Assembly (NCBI RefSeq): GCF_003987725.1
Contig: NZ_RXJH01000005.1
Source: Hyphomicrobium sp.
GTDB taxonomy: Bacteria > Pseudomonadota > Alphaproteobacteria > Rhizobiales > Hyphomicrobiaceae
Reading direction: 5' to 3' (one strand)
Length of the DNA: 64,000 nt
The position numbers were made by a program, and so were the translations under genes. Every line of letters begins with the position of its first letter. Position 1 is the stretch's first letter. Shown piece after piece: positions 21,388-34,731 of this stretch. Under the pieces are notes generated by a model. That model ran no database searches and had not been told where the DNA came from. It worked only from the letters and a program-made list of their open reading frames with translations.

Positions 21388-21759
21388 CTATTCCGGGTTC
21401 GATTTCAAAAAGTCGATGATCTGTTTGCGGGTCCCGGCATCGGCGATACCGCTGAACGGCTTCATATTGTTGTTCGGCAGGAAGCCGTTGGGATTAGCGA
21501 TGAACTTGTCCAGCGAGCCTTCATCCCACGTGATGCCCGAATTTTTCATCGCCTCCGAATAGCCAAAACCCTCGGCGGCGCCAGCCTTGCGGCCGATGAT
21601 GGCATTCAGGTTGGGGCCGAGCCGATTGTCACCCTTCTTCCACGAGTGACACGTCCGGCAGTTGTTGTTGAACGCTTCCTGACCGGCTTCGTCAGCTGCG
21701 AAGGCGCCTGCACACCAAGCGGCAGAAAAAACGACGGTCAATCCGAGTAAATTGCGCAT
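21388..21759 (-). CDS. Class I cytochrome c (c2-like)
   Basis: Signal peptide, CRTCH heme motif, GPNL..IIGRKAG, distal Met. Confidence 0.92.
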   Translation of the reverse strand: MRNLLGLTVVFSAAWCAGAFAADEAGQEAFNNNCRTCHSWKKGDNRLGPNLNAIIGRKAGAAEGFGYSEAMKNSGITWDEGSLDKFIANPNGFLPNNNMKPFSGIADAGTRKQIIDFLKSNPE

Positions 21760-21829
21760 GCTTCTCTCCTCGCCGCCACGCCGTGACGGCGGCAGTCTTT
21801 CTTGCCAAATATTCCTACTCTCCGAACGC

Positions 21830-21861
21830 AAAAAACCCCGGTAGCGTTCCGCTCCGGGGTT
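21830..21861 (-). terminator. Rho-independent terminator
   Basis: accccgg...ccggggt hairpin with a U tract on the minus strand. Confidence 0.65.
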
Positions 21862-21898
21862 CTCGGTAACAGCCGTTTGAATCGTCGGGAATTTCCGC

Positions 21899-22492
21899 TC
21901 AGTTCGCCTTAGGCGGCTCTGCGGGCTGCGCCGCGGATTTCGCCTTGTCGAGAGCTTCGCGAGCTTCTTCCTTGGCTTTTTCAATCGCCGGACCTGCGGC
22001 TTCCTTCGCGGATTCGTAGGCTTCCTTGGCTGCCTTTTTGGCCTCTTCGTAAGCCGGTCCCGACTTGTCACGAATTTCGTCGCTCTTGTCGGCGGCACGC
22101 TGCAGCCAGCCGATAGGCGGATTGGCGCGCTTGTAGGCAGGCGCAGCCGTCAATGCTTCCTTGGTCGCCGACGGCATCGTGACGTTGATCTTGTTCCCCG
22201 CCGCTTCGATGCCGAGCGACGGCAGGCTGACGGCAACCTTCTTCTCGCCGACGCCGAGCAACCCGCCGACACCGATGATCACGCCGACGATCTTGTTGTC
22301 GCTATCGACGACGAGATCTTCGATATCGCCGATGATCTTGCCATCCTTGTCGTGAACGTTCGCGCCGAGCAGACGGTCCTTGGCGAGATATTCCGTCGGC
22401 TTCTGTTCCGCGAAAAATGTGTCGTCGGCGAACGACGGCATCGCGCCGGCGATCAGCGCGCCAAACGCCAAAACAACGATCTTGGATGTCAT
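21899..22492 (-). CDS. PRC-barrel domain protein
   Basis: LLGANVH...IGDIEDLVV...IIGVGGLLGVGEKKVAV. Confidence 0.9.
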   Translation of the reverse strand: MTSKIVVLAFGALIAGAMPSFADDTFFAEQKPTEYLAKDRLLGANVHDKDGKIIGDIEDLVVDSDNKIVGVIIGVGGLLGVGEKKVAVSLPSLGIEAAGNKINVTMPSATKEALTAAPAYKRANPPIGWLQRAADKSDEIRDKSGPAYEEAKKAAKEAYESAKEAAGPAIEKAKEEAREALDKAKSAAQPAEPPKAN

Positions 22493-22815
22493 GTCGTATG
22501 TCCTTTTTAGGTGACGTGCAGGGCCATTCGAGATGCCGCGACGCCCGCATCCGGAGCGAATCTGCCGCCCATCTTGCGAGGCTTTGCGTGTACTGCCCGG
22601 ATATGTCGCCAGCAAGTCGCCCACATGTTCGGATTTCGGCAGCCGATGCCTCTGCAAGGCATTGTTTTAACAGATATTTTTTCAATGCATTGAGCCCGTG
22701 GCACGACGCCGCGCGAGTGGCTTTCACAATTCAATTCTGATATAGTACAGACGCTCTTTTTTGCACCGGCGTCCGGCGCACCTCGCCCGCTCTTTTTTCC
22801 TAGAAAGATCTCACT

Positions 22816-25560
<2,745 letters not shown>

Positions 25561-25577
25561 CCTTCACGATCACTCTG

Positions 25578-25607
25578 ACGTCATCCCCGCGAAGGCGGGG
25601 ATGACGT
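25578..25607. repeat. Perfect 13-bp hairpin (REP-like, may act as a bidirectional terminator)
   Basis: acgtcatccccgc GAAG gcggggatgacgt, between convergent genes. Confidence 0.65.
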
Positions 25608-25665
25608 GGTGTGAGAGTTTTACTTCCCCGGGATTGAGCGTGAGCCGCAACGAAGAATTCGTCCG

Positions 25666-26415
25666 TCACCGCGTCAGCGACGGCTTTCCCGCTGCGTGCA
25701 ACTTGATGATCGCCTCGCTGAGAGGACACTTTGCTTCGAGCGCCGACCAGTCGCGAACCGATATTTGGAAGCGGCCCCGGCGCTCGATGATCTTCGCTGC
25801 GGCGAGCGCCGAAAAAGTGCGCGAAACCGTATCGGCATTGAGCGAAAGATAATCTGCGATGCCGTAGCGGGATAGCGGCAGCTCGAACGAGATCGAACGG
25901 CCGGACGGAAATCCAAGCCGTGTTCCGCTCTCCACAAGGAACGCCGCAACCCTTTCTTCCGAATTCAGCGCCGACATCGCAGCCGTATGCATTTGCTGTC
26001 GGGCATTCTGTGCGTTGAGACGCAGAAAGATCGTCTGCCAGAGCTGGTCGTCGCGAGACGTTTCTTCGACAAACGCCGTCGTCGCGATCTTCCAGAATTC
26101 GGCCGGCCGTTGCGAGGTCAGCACAAGCCCGGGCAGTGGCGCCTGAAGTTTGGGAACGACGACGTCGCCGGGATAGAGCAACGCAGTGATGACGCGAACG
26201 CCGGAAACAACCGAGCATTCGATACCGATCACGCCTTTGGCAACGATATAGACGAAACCGCTGCCAAGCTCCGCGAGCTGACAGTGATTGCCGAGGCGCA
26301 CGAACTGCGCTCGCCCTTGAAGCTTTATCAACGCCGCCAATTCTGCATCGGCTCGCACGCATTCGCCGGCGCGGTCGCGACTTCTCAGGGCGGAGTTGGT
26401 GGCCGTCATGGACAT
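25666..26415 (-). CDS. Crp/Fnr family regulator (FixK-like; no FNR Cys cluster seen)
   Basis: cNMP-like N-terminal region, SEERVAAFL, LPLSRYGIADYLSLNADTVSRTF HTH. Confidence 0.88.
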   Translation of the reverse strand: MSMTATNSALRSRDRAGECVRADAELAALIKLQGRAQFVRLGNHCQLAELGSGFVYIVAKGVIGIECSVVSGVRVITALLYPGDVVVPKLQAPLPGLVLTSQRPAEFWKIATTAFVEETSRDDQLWQTIFLRLNAQNARQQMHTAAMSALNSEERVAAFLVESGTRLGFPSGRSISFELPLSRYGIADYLSLNADTVSRTFSALAAAKIIERRGRFQISVRDWSALEAKCPLSEAIIKLHAAGKPSLTR

Positions 26416-26484
26416 GCAGGGCTCTATGTCGGAGCGTTCGGCTTTTTGATCTGCCTCTTATCGCGCCGTCATGCGCGACGGCAT

Positions 26485-26498
26485 TTGATATGGATCAA
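26485..26498. promoter_or_regulatory. FNR/FixK box
   Basis: Perfect TTGAT-atgg-ATCAA between the divergent Crp/Fnr gene and ompW. Confidence 0.8.
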
Positions 26499-26666
26499 TA
26501 AAATCCGTGTCGCGCATGTCACAGGTATCGAGATCGCAGCATCGATCTGATGCCGGTCAGAAGGCAGCGTCCCACGGCTCTGGGCGCTCCGCAGCAACGC
26601 ACCGATAACCCGATGAGTGAGCTTGAGTCGACGAAGCCAAGCAGGAACGATGAGGGGATACGACGG

Positions 26667-27347
26667 ATGCGAAGAGTGGGAATAGCTGTACTTCTGGCGC
26701 TTGGGCTATCGCTGAACGTGGCTAAGGCACATGCCGGTGACTACAGCGGTGATACGCTGGTCCGCGTGCAAGGCACGCTCATCGCGCCGGACTCGAGCGC
26801 GAAGGTCAATATTAATCCGGACTACGATGCCCACGTCAGCACCGAGTGGATACCGACTCTGACGCTCACGCACTTCTTCACGAAAAACGTCGCCGCCGAA
26901 CTTTTCTGTTGCTTTGGGCGCTTCAACGCCAAGGGCGAAGGCGATCTCAAAGGTGCAGACCTTGGCAGCTTCTGGGTCTTCCCGCCGATCCTGACGCTCC
27001 AGTATCACTTCGATCCGGTCAGCGGCTTCAAGCCCTACGTCGGCGCGGGCGTTCAGTACATTCACTACTTCGACGGCGGGCGCAGCGATCTTGGCGGGGC
27101 CAAAATCCGCCTCGACGATTCCTGGGGTTTCGCTCTGCAAGGCGGCGTCGACGTCGAAATTGGCCGGGGTTGGTACCTCAACGCCGACATCAAGAAAGTC
27201 TGGCTCGATACCGACGCGTCATGGCAAGACACCGGCGTCAAAGCCGACGTCACGGTTGACCCGCTCATCGTGTCCGTCGGCGTCGGCTACCGCTTCAACT
27301 TGAGCGACCTCCTGGGTTCGCGGGCAGCACCTGCCCTCCTGAAATAG
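26667..27347 (+). CDS. ompW: OmpW family outer-membrane protein (start uncertain)
   Basis: Signal peptide, PPILTLQYHF, KPYVGAGV, DPLIVSVGVGYRF. Confidence 0.9.
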   Translation: MRRVGIAVLLALGLSLNVAKAHAGDYSGDTLVRVQGTLIAPDSSAKVNINPDYDAHVSTEWIPTLTLTHFFTKNVAAELFCCFGRFNAKGEGDLKGADLGSFWVFPPILTLQYHFDPVSGFKPYVGAGVQYIHYFDGGRSDLGGAKIRLDDSWGFALQGGVDVEIGRGWYLNADIKKVWLDTDASWQDTGVKADVTVDPLIVSVGVGYRFNLSDLLGSRAAPALLK

Positions 27348-27380
27348 CGCTCGCGCGCCGACAACGCGATCGCTTACCTT

Positions 27381-27410
27381 GGGGCCCGGTGAATTCCGGG
27401 CCCCTTTTTT
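27381..27410 (+). terminator. Rho-independent terminator
   Basis: ggggcccgg...ccgggcccc followed by T6. Confidence 0.8.
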
Positions 27411-27468
27411 GCCTATACGCTATGTGCGTTTGAGCCGTCTGGACGCTTCGGCTGCGTTTCAGCTAGGG

Positions 27469-28488
27469 ATGAGATCGGGCAGGAAAACGAGGGCACCGAA
27501 AAGCGTGGAAGCAGGCGGATCGAAGAGCGTTATTTTCATCGCTTTCGCGTGCAACCTCGCCATCGCGATCGCGAAGTTCCTAGCGGCGGCATGGACGCTC
27601 TCGTCAGCCATGCTGTCGGAAGCGATCCACTCGCTGGTCGATACCTCGAACCAGCTGCTGCTGCTTCTCGGCATAAGGCGTGCAAATCTTCCCCCCGATG
27701 CCCAGCATCCGTTCGGCCACGGCAAGGAAATCTACTTCTGGAGCTTCATCGTCGCGATGGTGCTCTTTTCTCTCGGCGCCGGGGTCGCGATCTACGAAGG
27801 CTTCGAAAAGGTTCTGCATCCGCAGGCGCTGCAGAACGTATCCGTCATTTATGCCGTCCTCGCCGTCGCGATGCTGCTTGAGGGCTATTCGACCGTGCAA
27901 GCCGTCGGTGAATTCAACAGACGGCGCCGATCGACGGGGCAGGGCTTCGTCACCGCGCTCCGCGCCTCGAAAGATCCGACGCTCTTCGCGATCGTACTCG
28001 AGGATTTGGCCGCGATGACCGGCCTGACAATTGCGCTTTTCGGAACCTTTGCCGCTGATTTCGGCGGCTATTATTGGGCGGATGGCGTCGCGTCGATCCT
28101 GATCGGCTGCGTCCTGGCATTCGTCGCGATCTTCATGTCGAGCGAGATCCGCTCGCTGATCGTGGGCGAAGCAGCCTCGCGCGCCGTTCAGACGGGCATA
28201 CGCGAAATCATCGAAACCGAAACGGGCACCGACAAACCGATCCGCAAAATCAATGAGATTCGGACGATGCACCTCGGGCCCCAGGACATCCTGGTCACGG
28301 CGAGCGTCGATTTCGATAACTGGGTGAGCGCCCGGACGGTCGAGGACGTGACGGCCCGGCTGCAGACGGCGATCAAATCACGCTATCCGGAAGTGCATAA
28401 CCTCTTCATCGAGGTGCAGTCCGAGCAGACGTTTGCGGCCAGCAAAAAAGAAAGCCATGTCCAAGTCGTTGGCAGCGCCGCCCACTGA
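27469..28488 (+). CDS. Cation diffusion facilitator (CDF) transporter
   Basis: SEAIHSLVD, HPFGHGKE, LEDLAA motifs; C-terminal ZT dimerisation domain. Confidence 0.92.
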   Translation: MRSGRKTRAPKSVEAGGSKSVIFIAFACNLAIAIAKFLAAAWTLSSAMLSEAIHSLVDTSNQLLLLLGIRRANLPPDAQHPFGHGKEIYFWSFIVAMVLFSLGAGVAIYEGFEKVLHPQALQNVSVIYAVLAVAMLLEGYSTVQAVGEFNRRRRSTGQGFVTALRASKDPTLFAIVLEDLAAMTGLTIALFGTFAADFGGYYWADGVASILIGCVLAFVAIFMSSEIRSLIVGEAASRAVQTGIREIIETETGTDKPIRKINEIRTMHLGPQDILVTASVDFDNWVSARTVEDVTARLQTAIKSRYPEVHNLFIEVQSEQTFAASKKESHVQVVGSAAH

Positions 28489-28619
28489 TACGCAGAACCT
28501 CGCGATTCCACCAACGACTGTCCCTCTATCCCTGAAATCCTGCCTCCGCTCGCGGCCAGCTCGTGAACCACTTCCGCACTTGGCGGCCGGCTCGCGGAAC
28601 GCGAGTCGCCAAGTGCCAC

Positions 28620-29141
28620 TCAGAAAGGAATTTCGTCGTCGATGGCCTTGTCGAAGCCGCCCTTCGGACCGCCGGTCTTGGCGACGCGCCGCGTCTCGCC
28701 TCCACCGGAGCTCGACGAGCCGAAACCGCCGTCCGAACCGTAGTCCGCGCCGCTCTCCTGCATCCCGACCGATGCGCCGCGTCCGCCGCCTGCGCCGTCG
28801 AGCATCGTCAGCGCGCCGTTGAAGCCCTGAATGACGACCTCGGTCGAATACTTCTCGGCGCCGCTCTGATCAGTCCACTTGCGCGTCTGCAGCGCGCCTT
28901 CGATGTAAAGCTTGGCGCCCTTCTTCACGTACTGCTCGATGACCTTGCAAAGCGGCTCGCTGAAGACGACGACGCGATGCCACTCGGTCTTTTCCTTGCG
29001 CTCGCCCGTTGCCTTGTCGCGCCACGTCTCACTCGTCGCGATGCTGAGGTTGGCGATCGGACGGCCGTCCTGCGTGCGGCGGATTTCAGGGTCCTTGCCG
29101 ACATTGCCAACTAGAATGACCTTATTGACCGACCCTGCCAT
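28620..29141 (-). CDS. ssb: Single-stranded DNA-binding protein
   Basis: [16 protein letters not shown]; C-terminal DDEIPF. Confidence 0.98.
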   Translation of the reverse strand: MAGSVNKVILVGNVGKDPEIRRTQDGRPIANLSIATSETWRDKATGERKEKTEWHRVVVFSEPLCKVIEQYVKKGAKLYIEGALQTRKWTDQSGAEKYSTEVVIQGFNGALTMLDGAGGGRGASVGMQESGADYGSDGGFGSSSSGGGETRRVAKTGGPKGGFDKAIDDEIPF

Positions 29142-29381
29142 TCGTTCGTCTCCTTAAATGAAATGCGTGTGCCCGCCGTATCGCAAACACGATGGCCGCC
29201 GGACCGCAGCGCCGGCGGAGTTTCTACACACCGGCCCCAATTGAGTTGCATCGACACGCCGCCAATGAAAGCGGAATCTCTCGGCGGACAATAAAGGCTC
29301 GTCGACCGGCGTTCTTCCAATCATTTACGGTTGTCCACGGCCTTAGCGTCTGAACTTCCGGCACACGGCAAACGACGGATC

Positions 29382-29396
29382 GTTCTCTAATTGTTC
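29382..29396. promoter_or_regulatory. Alphaproteobacterial LexA (SOS) box
   Basis: GTTC-tctaatt-GTTC matches GTTC-N7-GTTC, upstream of ssb. Confidence 0.8.
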
Positions 29397-29590
29397 TATA
29401 TAAGAAGTAGCCCTGTCCGCGCAAGAGGCTTCGAGCGAAGCCTCGCAGTGACACTGCAAATCCTCACCTGCGCTCAGAGTTCCCGAATAGCGTTGCGGTG
29501 CGAGGAATGTCGTCTTGACTGGCGGGCTGCATCGTCTAGGCCGTTGTAGATAATAGCGCGAGCGCGCACCCTCGGAGCACTACCTCGCAG

Positions 29591-29959
29591 ATGGCTCACT
29601 ACAATTGTCTCAACTGTCCGGGATATTGCTGTTCGTATCCCGTTATCGCACTCAACAAGCGCGACGTCGAACGCCTCGCCAAGCATTTCACGTTGAAATA
29701 CGAGACGGCGAAACGGCGCTTCACGCGCGAAGGCCACGGCCACAAATATCTGATGCGCCGCAAGGGCGATAAGATCTACGGCCGCATCTGCCAGTTCTTC
29801 GACACCAAGGAACGCCGCTGCACGATCTACAAGGCGCGCCCGCACGCCTGCCGCGATTATCCCGGCCACGGCCGCTGCGGCTATTATGATTTCCTGATGC
29901 ACGAGCGTCGCTGCCAGAACGATCCGACGTTCGCCGCCATCACCAATCACAAAGACTGA
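29591..29959 (+). CDS. YkgJ family Cys-cluster (Zn/Fe-chelating) protein
   Basis: CLNCPGYCC and CTIYKARPHACRDYP. Confidence 0.85.
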   Translation: MAHYNCLNCPGYCCSYPVIALNKRDVERLAKHFTLKYETAKRRFTREGHGHKYLMRRKGDKIYGRICQFFDTKERRCTIYKARPHACRDYPGHGRCGYYDFLMHERRCQNDPTFAAITNHKD

Positions 29960-30150
29960 CGGCGCGGGCAATAGTAGCAAAGGCGCCTGGGATAAATCCC
30001 AAAAAGCGGATCAGCCGCGTGCGACCCATCCAATGGACGGGGCACCGGTTCTCACCAGCCCAGTTGCCATTAAGCGACTTCGGAGCCACACCGGAGCGCA
30101 ATAACATGCATGAGTAAAACATGCCATGACATCATCCGCACCCTTACGAT

Positions 30151-31041
30151 ATGTCCGCCCCCGATATATTCGCGCTACGGGCGACGACTTTGATGATCTT
30201 TGATTGTTTCACTTTTTTCAATGAACTCGATCTTCTGGAAATCAGATTATTCGAACTCTATGCAATCGTTGACCATTTTGTTCTGGTGGAAGCGAATAAG
30301 ACCTTTCAGGGCGATCCGAAGCCTTATTACTTCAAAGAGAATGAAAGTAAGTTCGCGCGATTTGCCTCCAAGATCATATATGTCCCCATCGAAATACCAG
30401 ACGGAGATTTGCGATCCCAAATCTCGACCTATGCGGAGAACCCCACCTGGGCCCGCGAGTACTACCAAAGAGATCAGATCGCGCGGGGACTTTCCGAAGC
30501 ATCGCCCGATGATCTGATCATCGTCTCGGACGTCGACGAAATAATATCGGCCAAAAAACTCAGAGACGCGATCGCCACACGCCGGAAGCATGATCTGACC
30601 ATTTTCCAAATGCCGATCTACACCGGCTCGCTCAATCGCCGCGTAAAAAATGGCATTTGGGATAAGGGTCCGCGGATGATCGAGTATTCGGACTTTCCTG
30701 GCGCCGAGCATTTGCGCTTGACGAAGATAGCCGCATCGCGACGCTTGGGAAGAAACGCTTTCAGCCGGCTCTACACGCGCTTTCGGAATTACATGTCGCG
30801 CGGCGTTCCCAACCGAATTCACGTTATCGAGAATAGCGGCTGGCACATGACGTCCATCGGTGACTGGAAGACCTATCGGAACAAAATCAGCGCCTATTCG
30901 CATGCAGAACGCGCCGATCGGGAAGATTTCAAATCGATAGAGGCGTTCGAAAGACGGCTATCGGAGACGACGGTCGTCGTAAACCCGAGCGAGCTTCCGC
31001 AATTTGTCCGCGAAAATCCGGAGCGCTTTGAGCTGGCGTGA
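30151..31041 (+). CDS. Glycosyltransferase family 17 (beta-1,4-GlcNAc transferase-like)
   Basis: DCFTFFNELDLLEIR...VDHFVLVEANKTFQG, IVSDVDEI, GWHMTS. Confidence 0.85.
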   Translation: MSAPDIFALRATTLMIFDCFTFFNELDLLEIRLFELYAIVDHFVLVEANKTFQGDPKPYYFKENESKFARFASKIIYVPIEIPDGDLRSQISTYAENPTWAREYYQRDQIARGLSEASPDDLIIVSDVDEIISAKKLRDAIATRRKHDLTIFQMPIYTGSLNRRVKNGIWDKGPRMIEYSDFPGAEHLRLTKIAASRRLGRNAFSRLYTRFRNYMSRGVPNRIHVIENSGWHMTSIGDWKTYRNKISAYSHAERADREDFKSIEAFERRLSETTVVVNPSELPQFVRENPERFELA

Positions 31042-31071
31042 TAGCTAAGCCATGCACCGGCCGGGAATGGA

Positions 31072-31108
31072 AAACCCCGCCGGATCCTCGGATCGCGCGC
31101 GGGGTTCT
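31072..31108. terminator. Hairpin, probable terminator
   Basis: aaaaccccgc...gcggggttct. Confidence 0.5.
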
Positions 31109-31606
31109 GACCTTCGATGGATTGCCCAGATTAGAACCGGACTTTGATTGAGGCTACGGCATCACTGCCGCCCTCATTGAAGAATTCAAATTGTGGGTGG
31201 GACAGCTGATCTGAGCGCGGCCAATTCTCGAGAGCGCTCATCCAAACTGCTGACCTCGCGAACCAGTCCCGAGGTCTCGATGATAACCCGGCGGAGTCAT
31301 CTCATCTCCTTTACTCGGTTGCTCCGTCACGCCTGCCGCCTCCCATGCCAGCCCACGGCCCTTACGCGCTCATGAACGGACGTGGCTCGCTTTCCAATCC
31401 GCAGCTCATCGGCCCATCGACCGAGACGCATTTACCGGAACCGTCAACGAGAGCAGCACCGTCACAATAGAAATGTGTGCCTCAATTCACGCGTCGTCAA
31501 CCCGTCACAACCGTGAAATCGATCACATTATCGCCCGCGTGTGTGTTGTCTGTTATGAGCGCCTGCACGGATGCGCCAAAATACCAGAAGCGAAAGACGA
31601 TATTTG

Positions 31607-31999
31607 ATGACAGCGAAAAAATCCGGCGGCTGCCTTTGCCAGGGCGTGCGCTTCGAAATTGACGGCGCGCTCAATCCCATTTTGGCATGCCACTGCTCGC
31701 AATGCGCCAAGACAAGCGGCAATTTCGCGACGATGACGAGCATCGCTGCCGCCAACGTCACCATGTTGTCGGACGAAACGCTTCGCTGGTTTCAATCGTC
31801 CGAAATAGCGAGCCGCGGCTTCTGCTCGCGCTGCGGCAGCAATCTCTTTTGGAAGCAGACCAGCAGCCCCGACATCTACATCACGGCCGGCACAATCGAT
31901 AAGCCGGTCGGCGTCAGAATTATCGAGCACATCTACGTCGGCTCAAAATCCGATTACTACGACATCACCGACGGCTTGCCGCAAAAAGACGAATGGTGA
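31607..31999 (+). CDS. GFA (glutathione-dependent formaldehyde-activating) family protein
   Basis: GGCLCQGVRF, CHCSQC, RGFCSRCGS. Confidence 0.9.
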   Translation: MTAKKSGGCLCQGVRFEIDGALNPILACHCSQCAKTSGNFATMTSIAAANVTMLSDETLRWFQSSEIASRGFCSRCGSNLFWKQTSSPDIYITAGTIDKPVGVRIIEHIYVGSKSDYYDITDGLPQKDEW

Positions 32000-32025
32000 C
32001 GTGCGAACCAACCCACCCACCAGTT

Positions 32026-32217
32026 GTCGTCCCGGCCGAAGCATTAGCTGAGAGCCGGGGCCCGCCACCATCGTCATCCTCGAACGCGTGAGCGCAGCGA
32101 TGCGCGTTCGGGGATCCAGCGTAAGAAGCGCCGAAGGCACAATGTTGCGTCTTCGACAAGTCTAACGCTGGATCCCCGGCCTTCGACGCGGCTTTGCCGC
32201 GCTCGGCCAAGGATGAC
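32026..32217. repeat. REP-like composite palindrome
   Basis: gtcgtcccggcc...ggccaaggatgac ends with an inner ggggatccagcgt/acgctggatcccc inverted repeat. Confidence 0.6.
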
Positions 32218-32250
32218 GCTGAAATGGTTCGCGTGACGGTGGAAGTACCC

Positions 32251-32916
32251 CTACCGTATCGGACACGCCTTGTCGCAAGGCACCGGCTCGCTCTTCTCAA
32301 CCGAGCCGCGGAAGATCGAAACAGTTTCCTTCACGCATTGCCCGCCCGACTGAATCACGCGGATGATGTTGTCGCCCGCCTTGCCCTGACAAAGCACGGC
32401 AGCATCCTGCGCAACTTCGAACGGCTGATCGGCCGACGGCCTCCCCTCATCCGCGAACGCACGCGATATCAGAAGATCGGCAAGGCTTGCCGATTTGGAA
32501 GCCGGGCGCGGCAACTGCTCGAACGCGATCCACTCGTAATTCACTTGCCCGTCAGGGCTCTTCACCCGGATCGAGATGTCGCCGGTCTTCGAGCACGAAC
32601 CGACATCGACGCGGGCATTCCCTTGCGTCGCGAGCGAGCGGTAATCGATCTTGCAATCGAAATTCTTCTCCAGCAGCTTCGCTTGTGCCAGCCGGTGATC
32701 GACCTGATTGAACGGCACGTCGTTCTTCCAGGAGAAATAGAGATTGCGCGCAGTCGGAACGGCTGCCGCAACGGAAACCGCAAGCACCGCCAATTTGACC
32801 AGCGTCAGCGTCCGGTTCACCGGATGCGAAGGATTGTTGAGATTGAGCAGTGTCGCGTTGCTCATCGGAGCGGCCCCATCGAAAACTGTTGTCGGAGAAA
32901 GCATGCGTCCCATCAA
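32251..32916 (-). CDS. Membrane-anchored Cys-containing hypothetical protein
   Basis: One TM segment, paired cysteines, protein-like composition. Confidence 0.65.
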   Translation of the reverse strand: MMGRMLSPTTVFDGAAPMSNATLLNLNNPSHPVNRTLTLVKLAVLAVSVAAAVPTARNLYFSWKNDVPFNQVDHRLAQAKLLEKNFDCKIDYRSLATQGNARVDVGSCSKTGDISIRVKSPDGQVNYEWIAFEQLPRPASKSASLADLLISRAFADEGRPSADQPFEVAQDAAVLCQGKAGDNIIRVIQSGGQCVKETVSIFRGSVEKSEPVPCDKACPIR

Positions 32917-33142
32917 TACACCGTGCTTACGTCATAACAACTACTGGCCCTCGCTTGAATGGCATTTGAGCACCAGGTTCATCGGGTATTCAGCTATCGA
33001 TGCGTTGCGCACGTTTCGTTGGTGGGTGAAGTGCCCGCAGTCTCCACCCTCTATTGTCGGCACCCGCGGCCAAGCTTAGTCTGCCGGCGAGGGCTTGCTT
33101 TCGACACCTGATATGCCAGCGGACGCCAAGGGGGACGCACGA

Positions 33143-33787
33143 ATGAAAAACTCATTTCGATTGCTTGCGGCAGCTCTCGGCTGGTTCGCGCTTTGTCTTC
33201 AATACTGGCTGATGATCACGGGTCCGACCGGGCCTGATCCGATCAACCGGACGATCAACTTCTTCAGTTTCTTCACGATCCTGTCCAACATCATCGTGGC
33301 CCTGGCCATGACCGCTCCGCTGCTCGCTCCGAACTCCGGGCTAGGCACCTTCTTCGCGCGCCCGAGCGTCCGCACGGCAATAGCCGGATACATCATAGTT
33401 GTCGGCGTGACCTACCATCTGATCCTCGCCGACCTTTGGGACCCCCAGGGTTGGCAGAAAATCGCCGACGTGGTGCTGCACTACGTGACCCCCATCCTGT
33501 TTGTCCTGGACTGGCTGCTGTTCGTCCCCAAGACGTCAGTCCCCTGGTCTACCGCTCTGAAAGCACTCGCATTTCCAATCGTCTATCTCGGCTGGACGTT
33601 GGTGCACGGCGCCTACAGCGGCTTCTATCCCTATCCCTTCGTGGACGTCGGCACGCTCGGCCTGCAAAAGGTCCTGGAAAACTCTGCCGGCATGACAGTC
33701 GTCTTCTTCGTTCTGACCCTGCTGCTGACGGGCCTCGGCCGGATCGGGTTCGGCCCGCGTGAGGCGGCCGCCCCCGGAGGCCTGTAG
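33143..33787 (+). CDS. Pr6Pr family membrane protein
   Basis: FSFFTILSN, LHYVTP, YPYPFVD motifs. Confidence 0.85.
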   Translation: MKNSFRLLAAALGWFALCLQYWLMITGPTGPDPINRTINFFSFFTILSNIIVALAMTAPLLAPNSGLGTFFARPSVRTAIAGYIIVVGVTYHLILADLWDPQGWQKIADVVLHYVTPILFVLDWLLFVPKTSVPWSTALKALAFPIVYLGWTLVHGAYSGFYPYPFVDVGTLGLQKVLENSAGMTVVFFVLTLLLTGLGRIGFGPREAAAPGGL

Positions 33788-33962
33788 GCAGCACCTCGAA
33801 ACCCCGGATCGTCGGACGGACGGGATAAGTGCGCCCGCGCCTTCTGGCCACCTGCTCTAAACGCGGCCGTCTACAGCGAGGGCCTTCAGGTGGCCGCGTA
33901 ACGATTGCTCATCGCCAAGCGAATGAACATTCGCAACGCAATGAGAGGCAACTCGCTGATCC

Positions 33963-34496
33963 ATGAACTTCGATATCGTCAAACTTTGCACCGCGCCGTT
34001 ACCATTCCCAAACGCATGGTACAGTCTGCCGCTCCGCCTGATTATCGGGCTCGGGTTCATCGAACATGGATATGCGAAGCTCGCTCGCGGATGGGAGAAC
34101 TTCGCGGACATTCTTCATGCGATGGGGATACCCCTTAGCGATTTTCTCGCGCTGGCGACGATTGCGGTCGAAGTTGTCGGGGGTGTAATGATCCTACTCG
34201 GGGCACTGGTTCCGATCGCGGCGATTCCAATGGGCATCGTCCTGCTCGTGGCAATATTCACGGTACACCTGCCCAACGGCTTCAGCTCCATCAGGCTTCA
34301 GTCATTCGACGCTTCCGGCGCACACTTCGGTCAGCCGGGATATGAGACGGATCTGCTCTATCTCGCCGGCCTGGTCTCACTTTGCATTGGCGGCGCAGGC
34401 CCACTCTCGGTCGACGGACTGCTTCAGAGATGGCGACGCCAAGGGGGTGAGCCGATGCTTGGAGGGATGAGGGGTGCCCCGGCGCGGCACCCTTGA
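33963..34496 (+). CDS. DoxX family membrane protein
   Basis: LRLIIGLGFIEHGYAKL, VHLPNGF, GYETDLLY, GAGPLSVD. Confidence 0.88.
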   Translation: MNFDIVKLCTAPLPFPNAWYSLPLRLIIGLGFIEHGYAKLARGWENFADILHAMGIPLSDFLALATIAVEVVGGVMILLGALVPIAAIPMGIVLLVAIFTVHLPNGFSSIRLQSFDASGAHFGQPGYETDLLYLAGLVSLCIGGAGPLSVDGLLQRWRRQGGEPMLGGMRGAPARHP

Positions 34497-34731
34497 TAGG
34501 GCGACGAACGAGCCCAAAGCACCATGGTCGGGCGTAAGCCGGCCAATCACGGCAACGCTCCAGTTATTGGACGGAAACCCCTCCTAGATCTGCCCTATAT
34601 GGAGGCCAAAACGGCGACAGAGCGACACCGGAGATCCCAAACCCTTGAAATCCCGGCCGTCCCCTGCCATTTGCAAGCGCTCGCTCCCGGTCGCATTGCC
34701 GCCCTCCTGCCCCTCGGGTAGACGTTAACTC

